Shown: positions 31,012 through 40,551 of the stretch, one piece after another
Position numbering within the stretch: the first letter of the stretch is position 1
Layout of the letters: each line of letters opens with the position of its first letter
Assembly (NCBI GenBank): GCA_028710985.1
Contig: JAQTTB010000001.1
Coordinates: 523,014 to 587,013, forward strand
Source: Patescibacteria group bacterium
GTDB lineage: Bacteria > Patescibacteriota > Patescibacteriia > JAHJFT01
Direction: 5' to 3'
DNA: 64,000 nt
Notes under the pieces: model-generated
Seen by the model: only the letters and a program-made list of their open reading frames with translations
The model's database searches: none
What the model was told of the DNA's origin: nothing
Translations under genes and position numbers: made by a program

Positions 31012-31569
31012 CTAGGGAATAAGGGAGAGCAGCTTGAGCCACTCGGGCTTGATGGTGTCCGCGCCGGTGGGAAACTTGCCGGAGCGGATATTTCCGAGCG
31101 CCTGCTCAAGGCGCGACTTCGTGTTCTCCTCGCTCGCAAGCGTGTGCGTGCTCGGCAGTTTCTTTTTGAAGCCCATGAATTCCTCGTAGGCGGCATATAC
31201 CACGAACTTCGCGCCCTCGGGCTTGGCAACCGGGCTCGGTTCGCTGATCGTCATGCGCACGTAGCCGTACTGGTTATCATCAATGGCCTCGGAATCCATC
31301 CAGTGGCCGCTCCAGAACGGGCCGTCGCCTTCGCGCCGCAGGTAGTAGATGTAGAAATGCGACGATGAGTATATTTTGAAGAAAGCTATGAGGTCGTCTT
31401 CAATGAGCCCCTGGATGACCGAGTCCCCGTAGCGGTCTTTCAGGCCGCCGACGAAATATTTGTCCTCCGTATCGACGTAGAGCTGGCCCGCGAAGTCGAC
31501 GGGCGGATATACTCCTCCGTCATAATTGGCTTCGACGAACTTGCCGCTGACCAAACTTATTTTCAGCAT
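31012..31569 (-). CDS. hypothetical protein (orphan, G+C-rich)
   Basis: 185 aa from ATG 31569 with GAGGAGGAAAAC upstream. Terminator 30966..30993. No family recognised. Confidence 0.65.
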   Translation of the reverse strand: MLKISLVSGKFVEANYDGGVYPPVDFAGQLYVDTEDKYFVGGLKDRYGDSVIQGLIEDDLIAFFKIYSSSHFYIYYLRREGDGPFWSGHWMDSEAIDDNQYGYVRMTISEPSPVAKPEGAKFVVYAAYEEFMGFKKKLPSTHTLASEENTKSRLEQALGNIRSGKFPTGADTIKPEWLKLLSLIP

Positions 31570-31658
31570 GTTTTCCTCCTCGCTGAACAAAGAATATAAT
31601 GCATGAGGCGCGGTGTCAAGCAATTGATTTTTGCCGCGTTTAGTATAAAATACTCAAC

Positions 31659-32675
31659 ATGTTCACCTCTGACTTTAACTACAATCTTCCGCAAGAACTC
31701 ATCGCCCAGTCGCCGGCCCGGCCGCGCGACAGCTCGCGGCTCATGGTTCTCGACCGAAAAACCGGCGCAATCGAGCACCAGCATTTTTATGATTTGCCGG
31801 AATTCCTGAAATCCGGCGATGTTTTGGTATTCAATGAAACCAAAGTTTTCAAGGCGCGGCTCATGGGAAAACTCGGCGGCCGTGAAATTGAAATATTTCT
31901 CTTGCGCGAGCGGGACGGATTATGGCAGGCGCTTGCCCGGCCGGCAAAATTACTTGAAACCGGAGCGGAAATTAATTTTCCGGGTGGTCTCGTCGCCACG
32001 GTCGCGGATAAAGATAGCCAGGGCATCGTGGCAATAAAGTTTAATTTGTCCGAAGACGAACTCATGGCCGCGATTTCGGAGATCGGCAAGGTGCCCACGC
32101 CGCCGTACATAAAAACTTTGGCCGAGCTCGAAGATTATCAGACCGTCTATGCCAAGAATACGGGTTCGGTCGCCGCGCCCACGGCCGGCTTTCATTTCAC
32201 TTCCGAACTTTTGGAAAAATTGAAAACCGCGGGCGTGTCCTTGGAATTTTTGACGCTTCATGTCGGGCTTGGCACATTCCGCCCGGTTCAATCCGAAAAT
32301 CTCGAAGACCACGAAATGCACGCCGAGTTTGTCGAGCTTGACGCCGAAACCGCGGATCGCATCAGCCGGGCGAAGCAGGAGGGGAGGCGAATAATCGCCA
32401 TCGGCACAACCACCACGCGGGCGCTTGAAGGCATTGCCGCTACAAATCACGGCGCGCTTAAAGAATTTCGCGGGGACATAAATATTTTTATCAAACCCGG
32501 TTTTGAATTCAAAATTATTGACGGGCTGATTACCAATTTTCATCTTCCCAAATCAACCCTGCTTGTTTTGGTCTCGGCCTTGGCCGGCCGCGAAAAAATT
32601 CTCGCCGCGTATCAAGAGGCAGTCAATCAAAAATATCGGTTTTATTCTTTCGGCGACGCCATGCTGATTACTTAG
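31659..32675 (+). CDS. queA: S-adenosylmethionine:tRNA ribosyltransferase-isomerase
   Basis: 338 aa. FDYNLPQELIAQ-type N-terminus (FNYNLPQELIAQSPA) and TNFHLPKSTLL near the C-terminus. Confidence 0.94.
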   Translation: MFTSDFNYNLPQELIAQSPARPRDSSRLMVLDRKTGAIEHQHFYDLPEFLKSGDVLVFNETKVFKARLMGKLGGREIEIFLLRERDGLWQALARPAKLLETGAEINFPGGLVATVADKDSQGIVAIKFNLSEDELMAAISEIGKVPTPPYIKTLAELEDYQTVYAKNTGSVAAPTAGFHFTSELLEKLKTAGVSLEFLTLHVGLGTFRPVQSENLEDHEMHAEFVELDAETADRISRAKQEGRRIIAIGTTTTRALEGIAATNHGALKEFRGDINIFIKPGFEFKIIDGLITNFHLPKSTLLVLVSALAGREKILAAYQEAVNQKYRFYSFGDAMLIT

Positions 32676-32723
32676 AGACCATGTCTTGCTAAATTCATCT
32701 TTTTCTGCTAACATTACCTAACT

Positions 32724-33761
32724 ATGCAAACCGTTGAATCCGTAACCATGGGCCATCCGGACAAGATCTGCGACCAGATTGCCGATTCAATTTTGGATGA
32801 ATATCTGCGTCGCGATCCGGACGCGCGCGTGGCGATTGAAGTTTTTGGCGGCCATGGCGCGTTGTTTATCGGCGGCGAGGTAACGAGCCGCGAATCTTTT
32901 GATATTTCAAATCTGGCGCTCTCGGTTTACCGCGACATCGGCTACCGCGACGCACTTGAACCGTTCGTAAATATCGAATCCCAGTCTCCGGAAATCGCGT
33001 CCGCGGTTGACGATGGCGGCGCCGGCGACCAGGGCATCATGTACGGTTATGCCACGCTCGAGACTCCGGAGTTTCTTCCGGCCGCCCTGGTCCATGCGCG
33101 CAACCTGACCCGCCGGCTTACCGACCTTTCGCGCAATCACCAGGATTTTTACTGGCTCGGGCCGGACGGCAAGTCGCAGGTCACGGTTCAGGCCGGCCGC
33201 GTTTCCCACGTGGTTGTTTCATCCCAGCACGCCGAGGACATGGAGCTCGCTGAAGTGCGTTCACAAATCAAACAACATGTCGTTACGCCGGTCATCGGAA
33301 ACATTGACGGCGCGGAAATTATCATTAACCCGGCCGGTCCGTTTACCCGCGCCGGATTCTCGGCCGACGCCGGACTCACTGGCCGCAAAATCATGGTTGA
33401 TACCTACGGCGGACTTTTGCCCGCCGGCGGCGGAGCTTTTTCCGGCAAGGACCCTTCCAAGGTTGATCGTTCGGCCGCGTATATGGCGCGTTTTGCCGCC
33501 AAGAACCTGGTGGCCAATGGTTTTGCCAAAAACTGCCTGGTTTCCGTGGCTTATGCCATCGGCCGGGCAGAGCCGGTCATGCTCGCGGCGCGCGACGGCA
33601 AAGGCAGGGACCTCACTGCGGTTCTCAAGGAAAAATTTGACTTCCGGCCAAAGGCAATTATTGAGCGCCTGGATCTCAAGCGCCCGATTTACCGCGACAC
33701 CGCGGCCAACGGCCATTTTGGCCGCGAAGGTTTGTCGTGGGAAGAGGTAGTTAATATTTAA
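32724..33761 (+). CDS. metK: S-adenosylmethionine synthetase
   Basis: 345 aa. GHPDKICDQIAD and GGGAFSGKDPSKVDRSAAY motifs. Confidence 0.93.
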   Translation: MQTVESVTMGHPDKICDQIADSILDEYLRRDPDARVAIEVFGGHGALFIGGEVTSRESFDISNLALSVYRDIGYRDALEPFVNIESQSPEIASAVDDGGAGDQGIMYGYATLETPEFLPAALVHARNLTRRLTDLSRNHQDFYWLGPDGKSQVTVQAGRVSHVVVSSQHAEDMELAEVRSQIKQHVVTPVIGNIDGAEIIINPAGPFTRAGFSADAGLTGRKIMVDTYGGLLPAGGGAFSGKDPSKVDRSAAYMARFAAKNLVANGFAKNCLVSVAYAIGRAEPVMLAARDGKGRDLTAVLKEKFDFRPKAIIERLDLKRPIYRDTAANGHFGREGLSWEEVVNI

Positions 33762-33770
33762 TTTATATTT

Positions 33771-34388
33771 ATGCAAAAAGCTGCTATAATTTTTTTGATA
33801 TTCGGCGCCCTCGCGCTTTCCGGCTGCGGCGAGCCGGTTGAGTATAATATTCCAGAAAATAATAACGACACAACTATGCAAAATGCGCAGACGTATTTTT
33901 TTCCCGGCCGGCTCGCGGACGAAGAGATTAAAAACAAAGTCGTGGTTATCGGAACCGCCAAGGGCGACATCGCGTTCGAGCTTTATGCCGACGAAGCGCC
34001 GCTTACGGTTTCCAACTTTATTTATCTCGCCAAGGCGGGGTTTTATAACGATCTGACATTTCATCGCGTTGAGCCCGGATTCGTGGTCCAGGGCGGCGAT
34101 CCGTCCGGCAACGGCACCGGCGGCCCGGGCTACACCGTGCCCGCGGAAATCGTGCCGACCCTGAAACACGTGAAGGGCGCGGTCGCCATGGCGCGGCTTC
34201 CTGACCAGGTTAATCCGGAGAAAGCCTCAAGCGGCAGCCAATTTTACATAACTCTCGATGAAACGTCATTTCTCGACGGCCAGTATACGATTTTCGGTAA
34301 GGTGATTGACGGCATGGCCGTTGTTGAAAAAATTCAAATTGGCGACAAAATAACTTCGATTAAAATCCAGGACAAAGAATCTAATTAA
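33771..34388 (+). CDS. cyclophilin-type peptidyl-prolyl isomerase, lipoprotein
   Basis: 205 aa. Lipobox ALALSGC and cyclophilin core FHRVEPGFVVQGGDP. Confidence 0.9.
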   Translation: MQKAAIIFLIFGALALSGCGEPVEYNIPENNNDTTMQNAQTYFFPGRLADEEIKNKVVVIGTAKGDIAFELYADEAPLTVSNFIYLAKAGFYNDLTFHRVEPGFVVQGGDPSGNGTGGPGYTVPAEIVPTLKHVKGAVAMARLPDQVNPEKASSGSQFYITLDETSFLDGQYTIFGKVIDGMAVVEKIQIGDKITSIKIQDKESN

Positions 34389-34397
34389 TTTTGCCCG

Positions 34398-34419
34398 ACC
34401 TGCCTGCCGGCAGGCAGGT
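34398..34419. repeat. perfect 22-nt palindrome ACCTGCCTGCCGGCAGGCAGGT
   Basis: Intergenic, between the PPIase stop and ATG 34427. Shares its CCTGCCT...AGGCAGG ends with the ~48-nt intragenic element. Confidence 0.85.
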
Positions 34420-34426
34420 TCACCGT

Positions 34427-35572
34427 ATGACCAAGAGGCCGCCATTTTTTAGCAAACCATCCAGGATCATTCTCTGGGTTGCGATTTGCGCGACTGTAAT
34501 TTTTTCAATTTATATTCTTGTCATGCCCAAGGGAAGTACGAAGCAGATCGAGCTCGTGAGCCTCCCAAAGAGAATGCCCACGCCCGAAGAGGTGCGTGGG
34601 ATTTATGTTACTTCGTTCATCGCCGCCCAGCCCGAATTGCGCCAGGAGCTCGTAAATCTCGTTGACCGTACCGACCTCAATACAATGGTTATTGATATCA
34701 AAGATGCCTTAGGCAACCTTGCGTTTGAACCGCGCCGGCCGACTTTCCGCGATATCGGACGCTCCGATATGCAGATAACCGATTTTAGCGAATGGCTTGC
34801 GGACTTGCATGACCGCGGCATCTATACGGTGGCGCGCATGCCGGTTTTTCAGGACGAGGCGCTGGCCCAGGTGCATCCCGAGTGGGCGATTCGCCGGCAG
34901 AGCGGCGGGGTCTGGCATGACTGGCAAGGCAAGGCCTGGATCGATCCGGGCTCCCAGGAAGCCTGGGAGTACATCGCCGACACGGCGCGTGAGGCCTATG
35001 ACCTTGGTTTTGATGAAGTGAATTTTGACTATATCCGCTTTCCTTCGGACGGGGATCTCTCGCAGATTGTATATACCTATCACCGCAACGATGAAAGACG
35101 CAAATATGTCACCATGGAGGAATTCTATGAATGGCTGGACTCGGAGTTGAACTATCTGCCGATCCCGTTGTCTGTCGATCTTTTCGGGCTAACGTATGTC
35201 AAACAGAATCAGGAAGACGATATGAATATCGGCCAGCGCATCGCCGATGCGATTGAACATTTTGAATATATCTGCCCCATGGTTTACGCGAGCCATTATC
35301 CGGCTGGATTTTTGGGATATGAAAACCCGGCGGAACATCCGTACGAAATCGTGAAAGACAGTCTGACTATCGGCGCGGAAATCATCCAGGAATACGGCGG
35401 CGATCCGCATCAGTCGCGGCCGTGGATTCAGGATTTTAACATGGGTGCGGATTACACGCCGGAAATGGTGCGCGGTCAGATTAATGCCGAGCGTGAAGTT
35501 GGTGCAAGTGGTTTCGTCGCCTGGAACGCGCGCAACATTTACTCCGAAGAGGCTTTTAAAAATCTTGAATAA
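34427..35572 (+). CDS. putative glycoside hydrolase-like TIM-barrel protein (DUF4015-like)
   Basis: 381 aa from ATG 34427. N-terminal TM, then RGIYVTSF...LNTMVIDIKD, typical of the family. The TTG at 34391 would translate a palindromic repeat. Confidence 0.7.
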   Translation: MTKRPPFFSKPSRIILWVAICATVIFSIYILVMPKGSTKQIELVSLPKRMPTPEEVRGIYVTSFIAAQPELRQELVNLVDRTDLNTMVIDIKDALGNLAFEPRRPTFRDIGRSDMQITDFSEWLADLHDRGIYTVARMPVFQDEALAQVHPEWAIRRQSGGVWHDWQGKAWIDPGSQEAWEYIADTAREAYDLGFDEVNFDYIRFPSDGDLSQIVYTYHRNDERRKYVTMEEFYEWLDSELNYLPIPLSVDLFGLTYVKQNQEDDMNIGQRIADAIEHFEYICPMVYASHYPAGFLGYENPAEHPYEIVKDSLTIGAEIIQEYGGDPHQSRPWIQDFNMGADYTPEMVRGQINAEREVGASGFVAWNARNIYSEEAFKNLE

Positions 35573-35576
35573 AAAA

Positions 35577-35606
35577 AGTACGGGTAGCATATATGCGACC
35601 CGTACT
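35577..35606. repeat. GCATATATGC-core hairpin, family member 3
   Basis: AGTACGGGTA GCATATATGC GACCCGTACT flanked by an A-run and a T-run, between convergent genes. Confidence 0.8.
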
Positions 35607-35610
35607 TTTT

Positions 35611-37233
35611 TTAATATAATTCTTCTTTTTTCTCTTTGAAGAAATTCACAAAATCTTCAAGCGATTCAATGAGCGCCTTGAACGGCGCTTCAATTATAAC
35701 GTCAAAGATAAATATAAAGAAGTTGATTTTTACGGATTTGAGCGACAGCCATCGGCCGAGCCGGACAATCGGCAAAAAGAGCAGGTCAAAAATCAAAGTT
35801 ATGATATTGCCGCTCGAGCGAATGACGATAAGTTCGTGCGCACTTTGCCGGATTCTGACCCCGAAAAAGCTGATTAAGCTCAGGAACACAATGAATATCG
35901 CGCCGCTCGCGATATTGAATTCAAGTCGGCGCAACCCGTAAATGATAAGTCCAAGGACTCCGACAAAAACCACGGCGTAGATAATATTAAAAATGAAAGT
36001 TACAATCGGGCTGCGGCGCACCACGGTTTGCATGACGATTTTCCCCTGCTCTTCGGGGCTCTTAAAAATTATTTCGCGTAAACCGTCAACGATTTTTTCC
36101 GTGTTCTTTTTGGAAGGAACACGCACCGTCGCGCCGAGGAAGAACATGAGGAGCGGCGGGAAGAGTACGTTTATAGTAACCGGAATGTAGCGGAATTCAT
36201 GGGCGATATAAATATCAAACGGTACCTCGAGGAGAACCGCAAGCACCATTTTTGTGAGAAAAATATAGATCACACTGCGCACCATGCTGCGGCGCAGTTT
36301 GCTCCGGGATTCGTGATAACGGCTGTCGCAGGATTTCCGTATTTCTGAAAAAAACGCTTCTTCCGGACGGAAGGCTGTGCGCGCGAGTTCCGGCTTCTCG
36401 AGGAGTACATCCCGCAGAATGTCGAAAAACACCGTATGCTGCCGGAAGATGCGCAACATTTTTTCGCCGACCGGTTTAACGGCGATGGATTCAATCATTT
36501 TTATTATTTTTTCAAATTCGCGTGCGTAATTTTCTAAATTCTGCTCGCTTGGGGATGACCATTCGGGCCACATCTTTCTTATCATTTCGTAGCGGATGAT
36601 GCCCATGTCGGCTTTCCAGAGAGAACGGAGGTTTGCCACAAAAAGGAGGTAGTCTTTTTCCAGCTCACTCACGCGCAGATCCACGAAATGAACTTTATTG
36701 CTGACCGTCTGCAGCATGAACTGGAGAAGCGCGCGTTCGCGGTCCTTGGGCAGGAGAAGATCCTCAATTTCCGCGGCCGCGGCGCTCCAGAGCCAGTCGA
36801 TATTGCTCCGGTTGTAGGCGCGCGGGTCGGTTTCATTGATTTTTTCTAAAAGAAAAAAATACTTGGAGAGCACCTGCTCTATTTCAAGTATCTTTGTTTC
36901 CGGCACCGTATTATTTTTAAGATATCCGCCGCGGATAAGTTCGTAGGTCAGCGGCCGCGCGATTTCCTGGGATTCAACCCCCGGATAGATGCGGCGTTTG
37001 AGTATCCTCTGGATTGCATTTTTCCGGAGCAGATGGTCGTCCTTATAGTCAACAATGTTGCGGAATCTTTCGTAGACATAGGCAAGCGCGCCGATGATTA
37101 CGTTCACCTGAATCTTTGCGGCACTGGGAGCCGATTCGCCGGCGTGCATTGCCCGTACGTATGAGCTTAAAAATTTTTCCACCAGGGGATATAACTTTAT
37201 GGCCGAGGTGTTTTGCTGATTTGGAATCATCAT
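35611..37233 (-). CDS. large multi-pass membrane protein, function unknown
   Basis: 540 aa. Soluble helical N-terminal half, then about six TM helices in the C-terminal half. Confidence 0.7.
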   Translation of the reverse strand: MMIPNQQNTSAIKLYPLVEKFLSSYVRAMHAGESAPSAAKIQVNVIIGALAYVYERFRNIVDYKDDHLLRKNAIQRILKRRIYPGVESQEIARPLTYELIRGGYLKNNTVPETKILEIEQVLSKYFFLLEKINETDPRAYNRSNIDWLWSAAAAEIEDLLLPKDRERALLQFMLQTVSNKVHFVDLRVSELEKDYLLFVANLRSLWKADMGIIRYEMIRKMWPEWSSPSEQNLENYAREFEKIIKMIESIAVKPVGEKMLRIFRQHTVFFDILRDVLLEKPELARTAFRPEEAFFSEIRKSCDSRYHESRSKLRRSMVRSVIYIFLTKMVLAVLLEVPFDIYIAHEFRYIPVTINVLFPPLLMFFLGATVRVPSKKNTEKIVDGLREIIFKSPEEQGKIVMQTVVRRSPIVTFIFNIIYAVVFVGVLGLIIYGLRRLEFNIASGAIFIVFLSLISFFGVRIRQSAHELIVIRSSGNIITLIFDLLFLPIVRLGRWLSLKSVKINFFIFIFDVIIEAPFKALIESLEDFVNFFKEKKEELY

Positions 37234-37357
37234 ATTTTGCTTAAAATATAATCCAAATCCGGTCTTTTGTCAATTTAAGTTTTTAGCAGGTGACGATTTT
37301 GCCTTCGGTTAAAATATGTGATAAAATACATTCATAAAAAAATAATTTATTAATAAT

Positions 37358-37654
37358 ATGAGAAAGTTATTTGCATTGTTCACGGTATTCGCGCTCGTTG
37401 CTCTGATGGGCGCCGGCTGCGCTCTCTCAATTTCTCCGGAAGAGAAACCGGTGACCGTGCCGAGCGAAGAGGTGCCCGTGCCCACGGCCGATGAGATTGG
37501 CGAGGTAGATGTTGTCGAAGAAGGCGAGGCCGAAAGCGAGAAGAGCATCGACGAATTGATCGGGGAAGCAGATGGCTTAGAGGAAGAAGCCGCCGGTACT
37601 CTAAATGATCTGCAAAATATTGACGACTCGCAGGATAATAAAGTGAATTTATAA
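37358..37654 (+). CDS. small acidic lipoprotein
   Basis: 98 aa. Signal peptide with lipobox LMGAGC, followed by a Glu/Asp-rich sequence. Confidence 0.7.
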   Translation: MRKLFALFTVFALVALMGAGCALSISPEEKPVTVPSEEVPVPTADEIGEVDVVEEGEAESEKSIDELIGEADGLEEEAAGTLNDLQNIDDSQDNKVNL

Positions 37655-37658
37655 ATAT

Positions 37659-38345
37659 ATGAAAAATAAAATTATTTTCGGTTTCGCGCTCGCGGCCCTT
37701 TCCGCGACGATCGGTTTTTCCGCATTGGCGCTCACTCCGCTGGTCGATGAGCAGACCAAGCTCGACAGCTGGCGTACGCTCGGTCTTAATATGATTGAGA
37801 ATCGCCTCAGCGTTCTTTCTACGGCGGACACTCTTTTGTCTCAGGCCGCGCTTGTTTCCGACCGGGTAAAAGCCGACCTCTCGACCGAGATTCAAAATAA
37901 CGAAGCCAGCCTTAGTGCGCTCAAGGACGAGATCAGCGCCGAAACCGCACTTGACGCCATGAAGCAGAAAGTCGCTTCCATTGTTGAGCAATACCGAATT
38001 TACATCGTCGTGCTTCCCAAAACATATGGTTTCGCCACGGCGAGCCGTTTCCGCTCCCTTGAGGCCAAGGTGGATGTCTTAGCCGACAAGATTGAAGAAG
38101 AATCCGTGGATGACTCAAGTGAGGCAAAGTCGCTGATCGAGCAGGCGCGGAATCTCTTGGTTTTGGCTGAACAGAAAATTGATTTAGCGGAACAGAAATA
38201 CAGCGCCATGAGCGTGGAAAATTATCTGCAGGCCGCGGCATTGAATTTTGAAGCGCGTGCTTATCTCATTGAAGTAAAGGGCTATCTGCACGATGCCCTT
38301 GCCAAGGTAAAGCAGGCTGTGGACATACTAAAATCCGGCGAATAA
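37659..38345 (+). CDS. secreted helical/coiled-coil protein
   Basis: 228 aa. Signal peptide (ALAALSATIGFSALA), then heptad-like helical sequence. Confidence 0.7.
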   Translation: MKNKIIFGFALAALSATIGFSALALTPLVDEQTKLDSWRTLGLNMIENRLSVLSTADTLLSQAALVSDRVKADLSTEIQNNEASLSALKDEISAETALDAMKQKVASIVEQYRIYIVVLPKTYGFATASRFRSLEAKVDVLADKIEEESVDDSSEAKSLIEQARNLLVLAEQKIDLAEQKYSAMSVENYLQAAALNFEARAYLIEVKGYLHDALAKVKQAVDILKSGE

Positions 38346-38352
38346 TTAAATG

Positions 38353-38386
38353 AAAAATGCCCCGAGTCTATCGCGGGCATTTTTTT
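38353..38386. terminator. bidirectional terminator, conserved-loop family member 2
   Basis: AAAAATGCCC-CGAGTCTATCGC-GGGCATTTTTTT. Confidence 0.75.
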
Positions 38387-38460
38387 GTCGGCCGGGTGAT
38401 TGACATTTTTCCGCCGTTATGGTTAGGTTTAATCAGCACTTTGAGAAGGAGGGACGTTTC

Positions 38461-38946
38461 ATGGATCCGACAGAAAATCCGAAAAAGAATCCGGCAACCT
38501 GTCCGCACGCTTCGATGCATGAAATCACTTTCGGCAATATTTGCGACGATTGCGGTCTCGTCTTTCCGGGCGACGTGTTTCTCGACGAACTCCGTTGGGC
38601 CGTGGAAAATAATGCCACGCCGCCCTGCCCGGTTTGCGGCCAAGACCTTTCGCTGGTCGAGGATCAGGGAGGAGTCTTCGTCTGTGGCCACTGCAATAAT
38701 CGGACCGAATATCCCAAAGATATTGGCAAGATAATCCTCGCAATTAAAGACCCGTCTTTCAAAAGTCGCACATTCTACCCCCTCGTCGACCGCGTTCGCT
38801 TGCTCGCGAGGTGTCCCTATTGTGAGAAGGACAGGCTGGGACGCATCGCCGAGCTCGCGGTCAAGTGCTTGGATTGCGGACTGACGATCCGCCGTTGTCC
38901 AGACGGGGACGATCTAGTATTCGAGTTCTTCTTCTCCAGGAAATAA
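38461..38946 (+). CDS. multi-zinc-ribbon protein, function unknown
   Basis: 161 aa from ATG 38461 with GAAGGAGGG upstream. CxxC pairs: CDDCG, CPVCG, CGHC, CPYCEK, CLDCG. Confidence 0.65.
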   Translation: MDPTENPKKNPATCPHASMHEITFGNICDDCGLVFPGDVFLDELRWAVENNATPPCPVCGQDLSLVEDQGGVFVCGHCNNRTEYPKDIGKIILAIKDPSFKSRTFYPLVDRVRLLARCPYCEKDRLGRIAELAVKCLDCGLTIRRCPDGDDLVFEFFFSRK

Positions 38947-39046
38947 TCGAACAGCCGAACGGTCACCCCGATCGGCTGATTTTTTTTGCTAATAATGCCG
39001 AAAGTTGGTATAATATAATCAAATTAATTCAATAATAATCCACCTT

Positions 39047-39301
39047 ATGACGCAAAACATTCTTGATATTACATCCGGCGATTGGCTCGCTTTCAGCGGG
39101 GCATCCGTCCTGATGATTGTTCTCATCATCTGGGCTCTTTTCTGGAAGGGCTGGGCGCTTTGGCGCGCCGCGCGCAACGGGCACAAGATCTGGTACATCG
39201 CGCTATTAATTCTTAACACAGTCGGCATCCTGGAGATACTCTATATTTTTATCTGGGGAAAGTCCAAGAGCGAAAAGCCGGGCATTCCGCCGGCCGCATA
39301 A
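39047..39301 (+). CDS. small two-TM membrane protein
   Basis: 84 aa. Extended -10 (TGGTATAAT) at 39006..39014, terminator 39312..39343. Confidence 0.65.
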   Translation: MTQNILDITSGDWLAFSGASVLMIVLIIWALFWKGWALWRAARNGHKIWYIALLILNTVGILEILYIFIWGKSKSEKPGIPPAA

Positions 39302-39311
39302 ATTAATAAAT

Positions 39312-39343
39312 AAAATACCCTGAGTTTATCGAAGGGTATTTTT
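39312..39343. terminator. bidirectional terminator, conserved-loop family member 3
   Basis: AAAATACCCT-GAGTTTATCGA-AGGGTATTTTT. Confidence 0.75.
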
Positions 39344-39385
39344 ATTAAAAAAAGGCCGTCCCAAGGAGGGAGCGGCAGAGCGCGG

Positions 39386-39598
39386 TTAGCTGTGGATTCT
39401 TATCGCGATGTGCGACGGAATCGCCATGGCTAACCCGACGAGCATGACAAGGATCAGGAACCAGCGCGCTGTTTCCGGATCCACGAAGATGTAGGCGATA
39501 AATCCGCCGAATGTTGCGAAGATGCCTACAAACCGGATGGCATGGAGCAGTGCAGTCCGAGTACCTTCACTTCGCGACCTCGCATCCAGGTTGTTCAT
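39386..39598 (-). CDS. small two-TM membrane protein
   Basis: 70 aa, with AAGGAGG upstream of ATG 39598. Confidence 0.6.
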   Translation of the reverse strand: MNNLDARSRSEGTRTALLHAIRFVGIFATFGGFIAYIFVDPETARWFLILVMLVGLAMAIPSHIAIRIHS

Positions 39599-39684
39599 TC
39601 CTACCTCCTTTTCTCGGACAAGGATAGAGGATACACTATTTTCGTATTTTTGTCAATCCTCCGGACAAATGGTAGAATTAAACC

Positions 39685-40551
39685 ATGTTTATTTATCTTA
39701 TCCAAATAGTCTGTTTCGTGCTCTTCGGCGTTCTGGCAGTAATCGCGCTGCGCCGCCGTGAGCTTTGGACTTTGTTCGTGGCGACGATTTACGCCGCTTT
39801 TTTTGAAAATCTCGACATCATCATTTCCCGCGGAGAGTTTGGCAGTTACACCTATGATCCCCATCTTATCCTCATCGTCATTCAAACCCCGCTTTTTGTC
39901 ATTCTGTCCTGGGGCATAATTTTTTACTCATCATTCCTGCTTGCGAAAGGGCTGACCCGAAAGTTTTGGATTCAGGCGCTCTCCGTGCCTCTTCTCGCAA
40001 CAATTATAGATTTGACCATGGATCCGGTGGCCACACGGCTTGGGTTGTGGTCATGGCAGGGCTATGGCGCGCACGACGGCATTCTCGGCGTGCCGCTCGC
40101 GAATTTCATGGGCTGGTATCTCGTAGTGTTTGCACTCATGATCACCTTGCGCCTTATCGGTCACATTGATTTTTTGGGACGAACGGGCCGCAATGTCATC
40201 ATGCCAATTTTTTCCTGCGGGCTTTTTTTTATTTTTTTCGCTGCGTTCAGTTTTACGGCCAATGCGTTCGGCCTGAATATTTCAAATCAGTTTAATTTTA
40301 TCCAATTTTTCTTTCCGCCGGTTGCGGCGGCTTGCATTATCGGTTGGATATTATTTCCGGGAAAAATCAGCATCAGTCGTAGCCATCTTTTTTGGATGTA
40401 TGCATCGCGTGGGCTTTTCTACATATTTTCGGTTTACGGATTAATCGCTCTGGGCTTCTGGAAAGAGCCGGTGTTCATTATTCTGCTGGTCTTCTCGCTG
40501 GTTATCGAAATCATTGCAGGTATAAAATTTAAAATAAATGCCAAGACTTAG
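39685..40551 (+). CDS. multi-pass membrane protein (weak resemblance to DUF422/carotenoid-biosynthesis-protein family)
   Basis: 288 aa, about 8 TM helices. The motif DPVATRLGLWSW...GVPLANFMGWYLV resembles that family. Overlaps the next gene by 14 nt. Confidence 0.6.
   Translation: MFIYLIQIVCFVLFGVLAVIALRRRELWTLFVATIYAAFFENLDIIISRGEFGSYTYDPHLILIVIQTPLFVILSWGIIFYSSFLLAKGLTRKFWIQALSVPLLATIIDLTMDPVATRLGLWSWQGYGAHDGILGVPLANFMGWYLVVFALMITLRLIGHIDFLGRTGRNVIMPIFSCGLFFIFFAAFSFTANAFGLNISNQFNFIQFFFPPVAAACIIGWILFPGKISISRSHLFWMYASRGLFYIFSVYGLIALGFWKEPVFIILLVFSLVIEIIAGIKFKINAKT

Noticed and set aside
33261-34169. 302-aa minus-strand ORF, and similar long antisense ORFs (5709..6440, 10239..10856, 22831..23451, 31950..32543, 40709..41644, 41857..42660, 50434..50979, 51302..51841)
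   Set aside because: Each lies fully antisense to a CDS with clear family motifs. They lack an RBS and recognisable domains, and are typical shadow ORFs.
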